From positions 1-64,000 of the IMG/VR virus record IMGVR_UViG_3300026256_000121: a DNA stretch of 64,000 nucleotides; one strand, written 5' to 3'. The notes beneath the pieces were generated by a model that was given only the letters and a program-made list of their open reading frames with translations, searched no databases and was not told the origin of the DNA. This document shows positions 20,581-29,270 of the stretch, in pieces. Each line of letters starts with the position of its first letter. Positions within the stretch are counted from its first letter, which is position 1. The position numbers and the translations under genes were made by a program. Source of the stretch: a virus.

Positions 20581-20952
20581 TTAAGATACTTCACTTTTAC
20601 CGTCTTTATTAACATTGCCTACATTAATATATCCAGCACCTCGTGATGTATCTTGACCTTGATCTTTAAGAATATTTCTTGCAACATCTTTAAACCAGCC
20701 GTCAACAATTTGTTCGTTTGTTTCACCCGTGTATCCGGCATCTAATAGTTGTTCAATAAATTCATTGTTCCAATCAAGTTCAAAGAATCCATTTTTAATA
20801 TCTTTTTCATTTACATGAGTATCTAAAACTGCTACCCAAGGCTTCTTAGCTTTTTGAGCCGCTTTCTTTTCAGCCATTAACAACTCAAGCCTTGATTTTT
20901 CTTTAGGTTTATTTGTTGTTTTGGACATTAAGTTTTTTAGTTTATCTAACAT
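20581..20952 (-). CDS. Hypothetical protein
   Basis: 123 aa; GFFELDWN core. Confidence 0.65.
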   Translation of the reverse strand: MLDKLKNLMSKTTNKPKEKSRLELLMAEKKAAQKAKKPWVAVLDTHVNEKDIKNGFFELDWNNEFIEQLLDAGYTGETNEQIVDGWFKDVARNILKDQGQDTSRGAGYINVGNVNKDGKSEVS

Positions 20953-20954
20953 AG

Positions 20955-21116
20955 TTATATTCCTGATTCTCTAAGTTTATTAAGCTCAATTTCTGTCTTA
21001 AGTTTAGGTTCCCCAACTGTTTCCGAAGATGTCGACGTGTAGTCTCGGGGTATACCTCCATCCCCTCCCCATGGCAAGGGTGGCAACGGTTTTGGCGTTT
21101 TCTTGATACTCTTCAT
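20955..21116 (-). CDS. Putative small protein overlapping the queE 3' end in another frame
   Basis: MKSIKKTPKPLPPLPWGG..LNKLRESGI; its stop lies 2 nt before the next ATG; local GC about 50%. Confidence 0.5.
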   Translation of the reverse strand: MKSIKKTPKPLPPLPWGGDGGIPRDYTSTSSETVGEPKLKTEIELNKLRESGI

Positions 21117-21870
21117 AGCATCCACCCACCGCCATACAGTATACTGGACATTCCACTTTAGCATCTCTATACTCGGCAACCGCTTTTTCAACTTCGTCGA
21201 CGTCGACTTTATCAGCAACCACAAATTTAAGATACAAGTGAGTATTGGGTACAGTATAATATGAATTAGCAATTTCAGGCTTGATAGCATCACTCCATAG
21301 CTCGCCACTGACACTAAGTTTCGGAGAGCAAGACCAAGTTGTATGAAATCTAGCTTTAGTTGAGATGTAGTCTTTGAAATCATCTCTAAGTTCTTGCGTT
21401 GTGTTCGTTTCAAATGTAACATTTTTTAAATCCTCCATTCGAGGATGTTCAAATAGCTCGATGTACATCCTTTGCCAACCAAGCAATGGTTCACCCCCTG
21501 TTATTACTAGGTGGATATCTTGCCCATTATCGCAAGTCCATTTGCCTTCTGGTGTAAGAGAAAGTAATTCTTCAACTAGCTCATCTAGTTGATAATCCGT
21601 AGTAAACTTCTTAAATCTAGGATCCCATGATGCATAACTATCACAACCTGTATGCACTAATGGCAAATCTTTCAATACTTTGTACTTATCCGGGTTTTCC
21701 TGGTGGTCCTTAGCAATTAGATCATAGTCATTCGCCAATTCACCACGTGGCATACCAAAACCACGGCATTTAAAATTACAACCAAACATACGTAAAAATA
21801 CCGACGGTACACCAACAAATCTACCCTCGCCTTGTACACTATAGAATGATTCGCATACTCTAGCCTTCAT
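21004..21870 (-). CDS. queE: 7-carboxy-7-deazaguanine synthase QueE
   Basis: FYSVQGEG..SVFLR.FGCNFKC..GCDS, ITGGEP, ETN, SPKLS, PRLH. Confidence 0.9.
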   Translation of the reverse strand: MKARVCESFYSVQGEGRFVGVPSVFLRMFGCNFKCRGFGMPRGELANDYDLIAKDHQENPDKYKVLKDLPLVHTGCDSYASWDPRFKKFTTDYQLDELVEELLSLTPEGKWTCDNGQDIHLVITGGEPLLGWQRMYIELFEHPRMEDLKNVTFETNTTQELRDDFKDYISTKARFHTTWSCSPKLSVSGELWSDAIKPEIANSYYTVPNTHLYLKFVVADKVDVDEVEKAVAEYRDAKVECPVYCMAVGGCYEEYQENAKTVATLAMGRGWRYTPRLHVDIFGNSWGT

Positions 21871-22018
21871 ATATCTTCTCCCTTATAACAGCCTTATCGT
21901 AGCCTAATCTGGACATCTCGTCCAAAAACTTTTCTTCTGTCCAAGCCCCATACTCAAACATTTGTATTGCTTTGTCCACTTTACGATCCCAAAACTCTCT
22001 GACAGGTGATACACTCAT
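21860..22018 (-). CDS. Small hypothetical protein, 52 aa (not in track)
   Basis: MSVSPVREFWDRK..KIYEG; ATGA-coupled to folE and overlaps the queE start. Confidence 0.6.
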   Translation of the reverse strand: MSVSPVREFWDRKVDKAIQMFEYGAWTEEKFLDEMSRLGYDKAVIREKIYEG

Positions 22019-22695
22019 TTTGAATGTCCTTTCATGCTTAAACAGATGTCATAAAATTCTTGTTTTAGTGCTGGATCTTCGCTAAATGCACCAAGCATAA
22101 TAGCAGTAGTCATATCACTCTCGTGTTCTTTAACTCCACGTTGTGTCATGCAATGATGTTCTGCTTTTACTACTACTGCTACATTAGGTGTTTTTGCAAA
22201 CCTAACTAATTCGTTTGCAATCTCAGTCGTCATTTCTTCTTGTATTTGTGGGCGTTCTGCAATATGGTGTACTAGTCTATTAAACTTACTAAGACCAATA
22301 ACTTCTTCTTCAGGTACAATACCTATCCATGCATTACCTACAATATTCTGAAAATGGTGGGCACAAGTGGACCTAATACTTATAGGCCCACTCGTGTACA
22401 GTGATTTGTAACCCATATTTGGAAAACTAGTAATAGCAGGTCTAGGTTTAAATCTGCCAGAAAATATTTCTCTGACATACATCTTTGCTACTCGTCTAGC
22501 AGTATCGTTGGTATTATGATCGTGTTCAGTATCAATTACTAGTGCGTCTAATACATCACGAAATGCCTCTGCGACTTCATCTTGCAGTAAAGCTATTTCT
22601 CCTTCGTGTACAAACTTACTAATGTTATCGTTGGAATGAAACCGTTCACCTGCTTTTACTAGACGTTGTCTTATTATATCACTTATCTTTTCCAA
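22015..22695 (-). CDS. folE: GTP cyclohydrolase I
   Basis: TARRVAKMY, STCAHH, GLSKF.R, RPQIQE, HHCMTQRGV; TTG start with GGAG. Confidence 0.95.
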   Translation of the reverse strand: MEKISDIIRQRLVKAGERFHSNDNISKFVHEGEIALLQDEVAEAFRDVLDALVIDTEHDHNTNDTARRVAKMYVREIFSGRFKPRPAITSFPNMGYKSLYTSGPISIRSTCAHHFQNIVGNAWIGIVPEEEVIGLSKFNRLVHHIAERPQIQEEMTTEIANELVRFAKTPNVAVVVKAEHHCMTQRGVKEHESDMTTAIMLGAFSEDPALKQEFYDICLSMKGHSK

Positions 22696-22743
22696 ATCTG
22701 TTCTCCGATGTTAAGGCAGTGGATTGCCATTAATTAATATACT

Positions 22744-22772
22744 ATTATACTGTATATTTAGGTTATTGTCAA
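22744..22772 (-). promoter_or_regulatory. Sigma70 promoter for folE, with a late motif CCTAAATA in its spacer
   Basis: TTGACA-N17-TATAAT. Confidence 0.85.
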
Positions 22773-22777
22773 GTACT

Positions 22778-22975
22778 TTAAAAATGTTTGTTAGCCATTT
22801 CTAGCATATCATTATACTTGGCAATGTTTTCCATCTCAGTACCAATAGTACCGATTACATCCGGATGGTCTCCTACTCCAGTAGGATTGGTAAGTAATAC
22901 CTCAACATTCGCTACTGACTTGGCAATATTACCCTCCATTTGCGCCTTAAAGGCGTTTAAGAGTTTATCTCGCAT
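22778..22975 (-). CDS. Small phage hypothetical protein
   Basis: ANVEVLL.NP.GVGDHPD; AGGAG SD. Confidence 0.65.
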   Translation of the reverse strand: MRDKLLNAFKAQMEGNIAKSVANVEVLLTNPTGVGDHPDVIGTIGTEMENIAKYNDMLEMANKHF

Positions 22976-23853
22976 TATACTTCTCCTTTTTTAAATTGCG
23001 ATGGTAGATATTCTAAAGCAATCATGCGGTGAATTTCTTCATTTAAATGTTCACCATCCTTGGTATGCTTCGAAACATCAATCTGTTTATTCTGTAAAAA
23101 CCAATCGTTTACAGAATCTTTTGCAACTTGCATAGTATCAAATGTATAAAAGTCGTTCATTTGAGGTGGTATCCAAGTTAAGTCATTTAGTCCGAACAGC
23201 TTTAGTTCGGCTCCGTATTCTTTACAAAGAGTTTGTAAAATATACATTTCTTTAAACCATTCTCGTTGGTTCTTTAAACTGTAAATTTCCATCCAAGTTT
23301 TTACTTGCATATATGAAGTATCTCTTAAGTCCGGAGTCTTCCAATGAAAGGATGGTTTCGTTTCTATTTCTAATTCTGGTTTCTTTTGCATATCAATTGC
23401 ATGGACTTGTAACGGCATATCAAATGCTTTAAACAATGATAAGTTACGTTCTTGTTTTGACATGTGTTTACTCCAACAATCGATCTTTCCTTTTGTTGTT
23501 TCTTTAAAAAATAAATCTTCTAATTGAATAATGTTCTCATAGTCCGGTGGTTCTACCCAAGTAACTCTAAAACGATTCCAGTATGTGTTTTGTACTATAA
23601 CTTCTTTAATATCATCATATTTTCTAAAAAGGAAAGTTAACCACTCGCTATATTCCCACCAACCGTTAGAAGGGTTTGCAAATATAACACCGTCAGCGTC
23701 TTTACTATTAATATAATATTCAGCCCAGTTGTTATCATTCCATCTACCTGAGAATGGCCAAGTTTCATAATTTAATGGTGTATTATCATCAGCAGGCATA
23801 TTAGCTATATGATATCCACAAGTATGACTACAACCTAGTGCGGCAATTCTCAT
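22975..23853 (-). CDS. SGNH/GDSL-hydrolase-like protein
   Basis: N-terminal LGCSHT and C-terminal DGEHLN (DxxH). Confidence 0.55.
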   Translation of the reverse strand: MRIAALGCSHTCGYHIANMPADDNTPLNYETWPFSGRWNDNNWAEYYINSKDADGVIFANPSNGWWEYSEWLTFLFRKYDDIKEVIVQNTYWNRFRVTWVEPPDYENIIQLEDLFFKETTKGKIDCWSKHMSKQERNLSLFKAFDMPLQVHAIDMQKKPELEIETKPSFHWKTPDLRDTSYMQVKTWMEIYSLKNQREWFKEMYILQTLCKEYGAELKLFGLNDLTWIPPQMNDFYTFDTMQVAKDSVNDWFLQNKQIDVSKHTKDGEHLNEEIHRMIALEYLPSQFKKGEV

Positions 23854-24242
23854 TCAAACAACCTCATTTGTTGGGGGTCTGGTTCGTGTTTCTTATAATT
23901 GCCTTTTTCTGGAATAGCATGGCGTACACCACCTGTTGGGTCTTTCATATCTGATTTACGTCTAGGAATTAAATGAATGTGCGGATAGTCAATTGTTTGT
24001 CCAGCGGCTTCTCCACAATTCTGACCAATATTAAAAGCATCACAATAACCTCTTTCTACCCAATCATATCCCCATTGGTAAGCGGCCTTGTAAGCCTTTT
24101 CTAATCCTGGCCAGTCACGTGTCTTAGGCACGATAAGGACATGGCCTTCAGTAACAGGATATTTGTCTTTATATACAATAAAGTGTCGTGTATCAATTAC
24201 AACTTCTCCAGATTTATACCACGGCGTTTCAGTTAATTCCAT
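23850..24242 (-). CDS. HIT-family nucleotide hydrolase
   Basis: DKYPVTEGHVLIVP, AAGQT..HIHLIPR. Confidence 0.9.
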   Translation of the reverse strand: MELTETPWYKSGEVVIDTRHFIVYKDKYPVTEGHVLIVPKTRDWPGLEKAYKAAYQWGYDWVERGYCDAFNIGQNCGEAAGQTIDYPHIHLIPRRKSDMKDPTGGVRHAIPEKGNYKKHEPDPQQMRLFE

Positions 24243-24244
24243 TG

Positions 24245-24463
24245 TTACTCCTCTTCCCACTCAAGTACACTCATCATTGAATGTAATCGTTTACGGGCTT
24301 CATTACGATTAAGTGCTGGTACCCATGCAGTACCTTTATTTTGTTGTACTTCTAACATTATATCATTATGTGAATCATCTTTAGTAAATGAAATCACATC
24401 ACTTGTTTTAAACTTTAAAACGAAAACTTCTTTCTTTTTAGTAAATTGTACAACATTAGTCAT
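24245..24463 (-). CDS. Hypothetical protein
   Basis: MTNVVQF start overlapping the PRTase stop. Confidence 0.5.
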   Translation of the reverse strand: MTNVVQFTKKKEVFVLKFKTSDVISFTKDDSHNDIMLEVQQNKGTAWVPALNRNEARKRLHSMMSVLEWEEE

Positions 24464-24938
24464 CTTTATAACTTCCAACATTCTCCCATGGATATACTAA
24501 CCATACATCTTCTTCAGCTTTGTTTACTTCATGAGCCCAATACTTAACTTCCTCAAACTCACTTGATAAATTTTCAGTTAAAACTGCAAAGCGAACATTG
24601 TCCATATTATCATTAATACACCAATCATGTTTAATCCATTTAAATGTAGCACCTGTATCATTAATGTCGTCTACTACTAAAATATTTTTTCTTTTTGCAA
24701 CAGCATCTTCAGCCATCCATGTATTAGATTCATTTTTTCTTTTATGATCACGTAATGCAACTTTTAATGATTCGCATCTAATATCTAACATATTACTTAA
24801 TATAGCCGCAGGTATGTTTCCACCTCTTGTAATACCTACAATGTAATCAGGTATCCATTTATCTTTGTACATACCAAGCACAATTTGTTTGCACATATTT
24901 TCTATGTTAGTCCAACTGTAGTAATGTTTTTTAATCAT
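24456..24938 (-). CDS. Type I (xanthine/guanine-like) phosphoribosyltransferase
   Basis: GITRGG, ILVVDDINDTGAT, WLVYPWE. Confidence 0.9.
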   Translation of the reverse strand: MIKKHYYSWTNIENMCKQIVLGMYKDKWIPDYIVGITRGGNIPAAILSNMLDIRCESLKVALRDHKRKNESNTWMAEDAVAKRKNILVVDDINDTGATFKWIKHDWCINDNMDNVRFAVLTENLSSEFEEVKYWAHEVNKAEEDVWLVYPWENVGSYKDD

Positions 24939-24947
24939 TTATAATCC

Positions 24948-25649
24948 TTAACAATGAGCAATTGGATCATGAGTTAATGATGCCATTTGTTCTAATCTAT
25001 TTTTAGGTTCTTGTTTCTTGCATTTTACAATCTTTATTTTATCGTTTGGTGTACGACCTTCTATTCCATTACCTGGATATTTTAAAGGTGTTTTAAGCCA
25101 CTCGTCTCTTCGCTTGTTCATCACCTCTTGTGACACAAACTTTAATGTAGGTGTAAAACGTTGTCTACCTCGTAACCCTGTTGCTGTATGCGACATTGTA
25201 CCTGGGAACGTCATAATACGTCCTGGAATCGGTGCTATACTATGAATAATCTTTTTAGGATCTATTAAAATTTTAGTTTCACCTCCTTCATTAATATCCC
25301 AAAAAGTTTGTGGATAAAGTAATAGTGTCATTGCTTTTGGGTCACTATCATCAATATGATAGTATGCGTTTTCGCTAGGTGCAAAGATATTGCAAGAAGA
25401 TTTAAAAAGAGCTAGTCCGTTAAGTTCTGGACAATGTTCTTCACAAAACTTCCATAACAATTTAAAAGTTTCTGTATGTGTTATTCCTTCACAAGCCAGT
25501 CCTGTTGGAACAGGATTTTCTTTATTATCATATGCTCCAAAACTAAAAAGTAAACTTGAATTTTCTACTTCTAGTTCTCTAATTTTTTCAATAGAAAATA
25601 CATCATCATATACTGTAACTTGGTCGTTTATATATTTATTTACAATCAT
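24948..25649 (-). CDS. 2OG-Fe(II) oxygenase
   Basis: YHIDD, GGET, P.PGRI..F..HTA..R. Confidence 0.8.
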   Translation of the reverse strand: MIVNKYINDQVTVYDDVFSIEKIRELEVENSSLLFSFGAYDNKENPVPTGLACEGITHTETFKLLWKFCEEHCPELNGLALFKSSCNIFAPSENAYYHIDDSDPKAMTLLLYPQTFWDINEGGETKILIDPKKIIHSIAPIPGRIMTFPGTMSHTATGLRGRQRFTPTLKFVSQEVMNKRRDEWLKTPLKYPGNGIEGRTPNDKIKIVKCKKQEPKNRLEQMASLTHDPIAHC

Positions 25650-26086
25650 AAGTCGTATTTTTCCTTTAAGTACTTGTCATTATGTATCCAAGTATATCTA
25701 CCTTTTATTGCTTTTATGAATCCCCATTCTCGTTGCTGTTTGCCCATAATAAACAATGACCAACACGGAATTTCATTTCCGTCTTTATCTCGTTGTAATT
25801 CAAGACGGTGTAAATCAGTTGCTTTAGATCTACGAAAGTGTCCTGGACCACGCCAAAATTTACCTTCAGGTGTATGTTCGTAATATCCACCTTTTAAAAT
25901 TAATGTAGAATAATTCCATGGATGATCATGTAAATCGTCTACATCACTTTTTAAAATTTTATGTAATGTTACATTAAACGGGAACTTCTTTCGATCTTTC
26001 AAGAACAAGTAATACCGAATCAAATAGTCTTTTTTATGATTACGGTCGTATATAATTCTTTTTCTATTTTTAAACCACTTAATCAT
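25646..26086 (-). CDS. Cupin-fold protein
   Basis: LHDHPW..ILKGGYYEH..HRL. Confidence 0.7.
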   Translation of the reverse strand: MIKWFKNRKRIIYDRNHKKDYLIRYYLFLKDRKKFPFNVTLHKILKSDVDDLHDHPWNYSTLILKGGYYEHTPEGKFWRGPGHFRRSKATDLHRLELQRDKDGNEIPCWSLFIMGKQQREWGFIKAIKGRYTWIHNDKYLKEKYDL

Positions 26087-26430
26087 TCGTCGCCTTCATA
26101 TGTGTAATCATCTTTAACTAAGTTATATACAGTCATAAATTTTTCATATTGTACTTTAAGACCAGGGTACTTAGTAATCATATCTTTAATAACTACTTCC
26201 GATGGCCAATCAAACATCTTTCTAGTCCATTCAGTACCTAATGGATCATCATTTAAGTTTATACTAATAGGTGAACTATTATTATATGTAACAGTACTAG
26301 ATGGATTATCAACCATTGTAGTACTATCAAATGAAATAGTATACTCGTTATCAATTGAAGCTATGGAAGGCTTAGTATCATATGATATGTTAATAGGTGT
26401 TTTTGGTAAGATTTTTGTATCAATTGTCAT
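26083..26430 (-). CDS. Hypothetical protein
   Basis: 115 aa; C-terminal M..KYPGL..YEKF..VY.LV. Confidence 0.6.
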   Translation of the reverse strand: MTIDTKILPKTPINISYDTKPSIASIDNEYTISFDSTTMVDNPSSTVTYNNSSPISINLNDDPLGTEWTRKMFDWPSEVVIKDMITKYPGLKVQYEKFMTVYNLVKDDYTYEGDE

Positions 26431-27481
26431 TACATATTTCCTTATAAAGTTTTTTACCGCTAAAATAATCTGTTTTCAATTTAGCAACCTGCTTTTGTAT
26501 TAAAGGAAGATACTTATCGTAATTTTCAATATAGTCAATAATTCTTTCTCTAACTTCTGCTTTATGGTGCGTATAAGATTTAAATGTTGTAGTCCATTCT
26601 GATGGATATTTAAATGCTGGTAGTCCCATTTCTTTATAACTTAATCGATCTGGAACCATTGGAATTGTATCAACCAATGCACCTTCATACCAACTAATAC
26701 CTAATGTTTCTTGTAAGTTAGCACTAAACACAATTTTAGCACGACCTAACAAGTTGTGATATTCATTTTTTGTAAGTTGTTGATCTTGACATACAATGAA
26801 TTCATAATCAGGTAATTCTGTTTTTAATTCTCTAAATATATCTGGTTGCTTTTCTGGTGCGATTCTATGTGGAAAAAGAATTAAATTTTCTTTAGGCATA
26901 TTTTTATAACTATCTAAACTATGTGCTAGATATTCCATAGGCCAACCTACACGATGTGTTTTTGTTTTATCAACATCATGAAATGTATTTAAAAACATAT
27001 CGATATGAAAATCTGTAGCAAAAAAGTTATCGTTATAACATTCATACATACTTTTTTCAGCATGTCTAACCCAAGGTCTATCGCCAATCAATCTGCCTAA
27101 AAAGTCTGCCGGGTCATAACTACCCGCATGCCAAAGACCACCAATGCGAATATTAATACCTAATAGTTCTGCCATATAACGCAGTTGTATAACTGTAGGA
27201 TTCCAAGCATCAGTATAAAGGAAATAATCATTATCTTTAACTTTTCCTGCACAAAACATTTCGCCTATTGTTTCTAATTGTTTACTTTTATAAACATTAG
27301 TCCCACCAAAATTAAGAAAGGCCCCAGGCGTTGTAGCCTGAGGGGTCTCTCCACCGGAAATAACTTCCACAGTAATATCATTTGCACCAGTAGAATTTTG
27401 AAGTTGTACGGGAAGATGTTCTTTCCATTGTTTTGTATAACGTGTATCAACTGCTTCAATATCTACTATAAAAATTGTCAT
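26420..27481 (-). CDS. GT-B fold glycosyltransferase
   Basis: FPHRIAPEKQP, SANLQETLGISWYEG, VPDRLSYKEM (GT4-like EX7E). Confidence 0.8.
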   Translation of the reverse strand: MTIFIVDIEAVDTRYTKQWKEHLPVQLQNSTGANDITVEVISGGETPQATTPGAFLNFGGTNVYKSKQLETIGEMFCAGKVKDNDYFLYTDAWNPTVIQLRYMAELLGINIRIGGLWHAGSYDPADFLGRLIGDRPWVRHAEKSMYECYNDNFFATDFHIDMFLNTFHDVDKTKTHRVGWPMEYLAHSLDSYKNMPKENLILFPHRIAPEKQPDIFRELKTELPDYEFIVCQDQQLTKNEYHNLLGRAKIVFSANLQETLGISWYEGALVDTIPMVPDRLSYKEMGLPAFKYPSEWTTTFKSYTHHKAEVRERIIDYIENYDKYLPLIQKQVAKLKTDYFSGKKLYKEICNDN

Positions 27482-27483
27482 GC

Positions 27484-27705
27484 TTATGATTTCCTATGGT
27501 TATGTTTATTCCTTCGTTGACGGCTTCTAGCCGCTCTTTCTCTTCGAGCTTTTTCAGGATCTAAAAATGCCTGCCAAACTCTTGACTTTTTGTTATATAA
27601 ATCGCGTTCGTCGAACTTATATCCTTCAAAGCGACAAAAGTCTCTTAACTTATCTAGATCATCAAAGATCTGTACTACGTCGGGTCGATTCGCAAAATAG
27701 CCCAC
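27484..27705 (-). CDS. Hypothetical basic protein
   Basis: GTG start with AAGGAG SD. Confidence 0.6.
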   Translation of the reverse strand: MGYFANRPDVVQIFDDLDKLRDFCRFEGYKFDERDLYNKKSRVWQAFLDPEKARRERAARSRQRRNKHNHRKS

Positions 27706-27722
27706 AATGTGTTCTCCTTCAT

Positions 27723-28139
27723 TTAGCTATGTGCATATTGAACATGGCAACCATTTTCACCATCTTCAGAAATGTCAATGTGTACTTCTCTACCTGGATA
27801 ACGGTCAGCTACTTTTTCATATAAGTCGTCCGCCATCATCTCACAAGATTTGTAGTCTACATCTAGTTCCCCTTCATATAGTTCCTCCAACCATCTTTTA
27901 AATTGTATAAATTCAATATCCCGATCATCATGGAATACTGTAATTGCTATTTTAAAATGAAAAATATGTCTGTGTGGATATCCTAAAAAGGATACATCAA
28001 ACTTATCTCCCGTTGCTAATTTTGGATCATCAAGTGCCGCCGGATACTTATGTATCCCTTCTTTGCGGAATGTAACCCAGATCATACGTTTTGATGTTCG
28101 CATAATTTTTTCTTTGCCTATTGTGTCCATTGTACTCAT
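27723..28139 (-). CDS. QueD-like 6-carboxytetrahydropterin synthase (T-fold); true start probably a downstream ATG
   Basis: GIH..HRHIFH..DIEF..SCEMMA..ISEDGENG; context with folE/queE. Confidence 0.7.
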   Translation of the reverse strand: MSTMDTIGKEKIMRTSKRMIWVTFRKEGIHKYPAALDDPKLATGDKFDVSFLGYPHRHIFHFKIAITVFHDDRDIEFIQFKRWLEELYEGELDVDYKSCEMMADDLYEKVADRYPGREVHIDISEDGENGCHVQYAHS

Positions 28140-28168
28140 AGTATACTACCTTTTTGTTTCTGTGTCAA
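28140..28168 (-). promoter_or_regulatory. Sigma70-type promoter
   Basis: TTGACA-N17-TATACT. Confidence 0.8.
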
Positions 28169-28697
28169 CCTTTACAGGTTCGTCTTTTGAGTACGAATCC
28201 CAACCTGTAAATTTTTTACGATCCATCAAATCATGTACTTGGTGTATCCAAACACCAGGATTGCTATGATTAAAGTCTGTATCATCGAGTTTAATACAAG
28301 CATTATAATTTAAATGATGAATATCTGGTAATTTTATGCTAATCTGTGAAATAAATTTATCTTCTGAATTCCAATCATTATCAAGTACCCATTCATGATA
28401 TTTAATATCATAATCTAAGGTTACCCAATAATTTTTTTCTAGTAAAGGATTTATAATCTTATTCCACAACTCTACTTCTCCCGGATGTCGTTGCATAAGA
28501 TCTATATGAAAACTTTGGTTCGCACCCAAATAAATGTGTTGAGAACCGAAATGCTCAGCCTGATCAATAATTTCGTCTACGGGTTGAGGACCAACTACAA
28601 ATAATGTATCCATATCATATGCTGGAGTTTTTTCTACTTCAAACCCAGTAAAATATGTTACATCTGTTTTTGTACCGCTTGTATATATACGTTCCAT
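28146..28697 (-). CDS. Hypothetical protein in the deazaguanine cluster
   Basis: F.G.EVE.TP..TLFVVG; HIYLGANQSF; KLDD.DF..NPGVW. Confidence 0.65.
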   Translation of the reverse strand: MERIYTSGTKTDVTYFTGFEVEKTPAYDMDTLFVVGPQPVDEIIDQAEHFGSQHIYLGANQSFHIDLMQRHPGEVELWNKIINPLLEKNYWVTLDYDIKYHEWVLDNDWNSEDKFISQISIKLPDIHHLNYNACIKLDDTDFNHSNPGVWIHQVHDLMDRKKFTGWDSYSKDEPVKVDTETKR

Positions 28698-28990
28698 TAT
28701 CTTCCCATTTCAGGATCTTCTTGTACTTGATGATCTACAGAAGTAATCTTTTTAAAGTCGGGTTTTTCTGCACAACCAATATGCGTCAATTCAACTTTCC
28801 AGTCTTTTCTAAGCATATTTTGTACAGCATCTAATCCACGTGACCTAATAGTTTCCTCCCAATCAAGAACAAATTCAGTACATTCGGGTTTTGAATCGAA
28901 GTGTCGTGAAAGAACATTCACAATTTCATCTCGTTGTGTACCATCTGGTTCAGTTAGTGTGAATGCTAAGAGTAGCATAAATGTCTTCAT
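28697..28990 (-). CDS. Hypothetical protein
   Basis: 97 aa; AAGGA SD; own sigma70 promoter. Confidence 0.55.
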   Translation of the reverse strand: MKTFMLLLAFTLTEPDGTQRDEIVNVLSRHFDSKPECTEFVLDWEETIRSRGLDAVQNMLRKDWKVELTHIGCAEKPDFKKITSVDHQVQEDPEMGR

Positions 28991-29041
28991 TGTCTTGTCC
29001 TTTTGTTTGCCTAAGTGTTTTTATACCTTTACTATTCTATA

Positions 29042-29069
29042 ATTATAACAGAAAACAGCAATAAGTCAA
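29042..29069 (-). promoter_or_regulatory. Sigma70 promoter with extended -10
   Basis: TTGACT-N16-TATAAT with TG. Confidence 0.7.
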
Positions 29070-29072
29070 GCA

Positions 29073-29270
29073 TTATTTTTTCATGAATTTTGCCAATTTT
29101 TCTATTTGATCTTTGACCTTAAGTTTTAATTTTTTATGCCTTTTTATTAATTCTTTTGTTTGCCAACCTCTGTAGGCGTTTTCTTCACGTTCGTTTTCCA
29201 TTTGTTCTACTTTGTTATGTAGATAACGGTGTTCGTTCTCTAATCTCTTCTGTTCCTTGCTCTTGTTCAT
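29073..29270 (-). CDS. Small coiled-coil protein (DUF465-like), start revised
   Basis: L..EHRYLH.KV..KKLKLKVKDQI; GGAG SD. Confidence 0.6.
   Translation of the reverse strand: MNKSKEQKRLENEHRYLHNKVEQMENEREENAYRGWQTKELIKRHKKLKLKVKDQIEKLAKFMKK

Noticed and set aside
22700-22730. Canonical preQ1-I or THF-II riboswitch call
   Set aside because: Stem and loop are too short and the A-rich tail is missing; kept only as a candidate new motif
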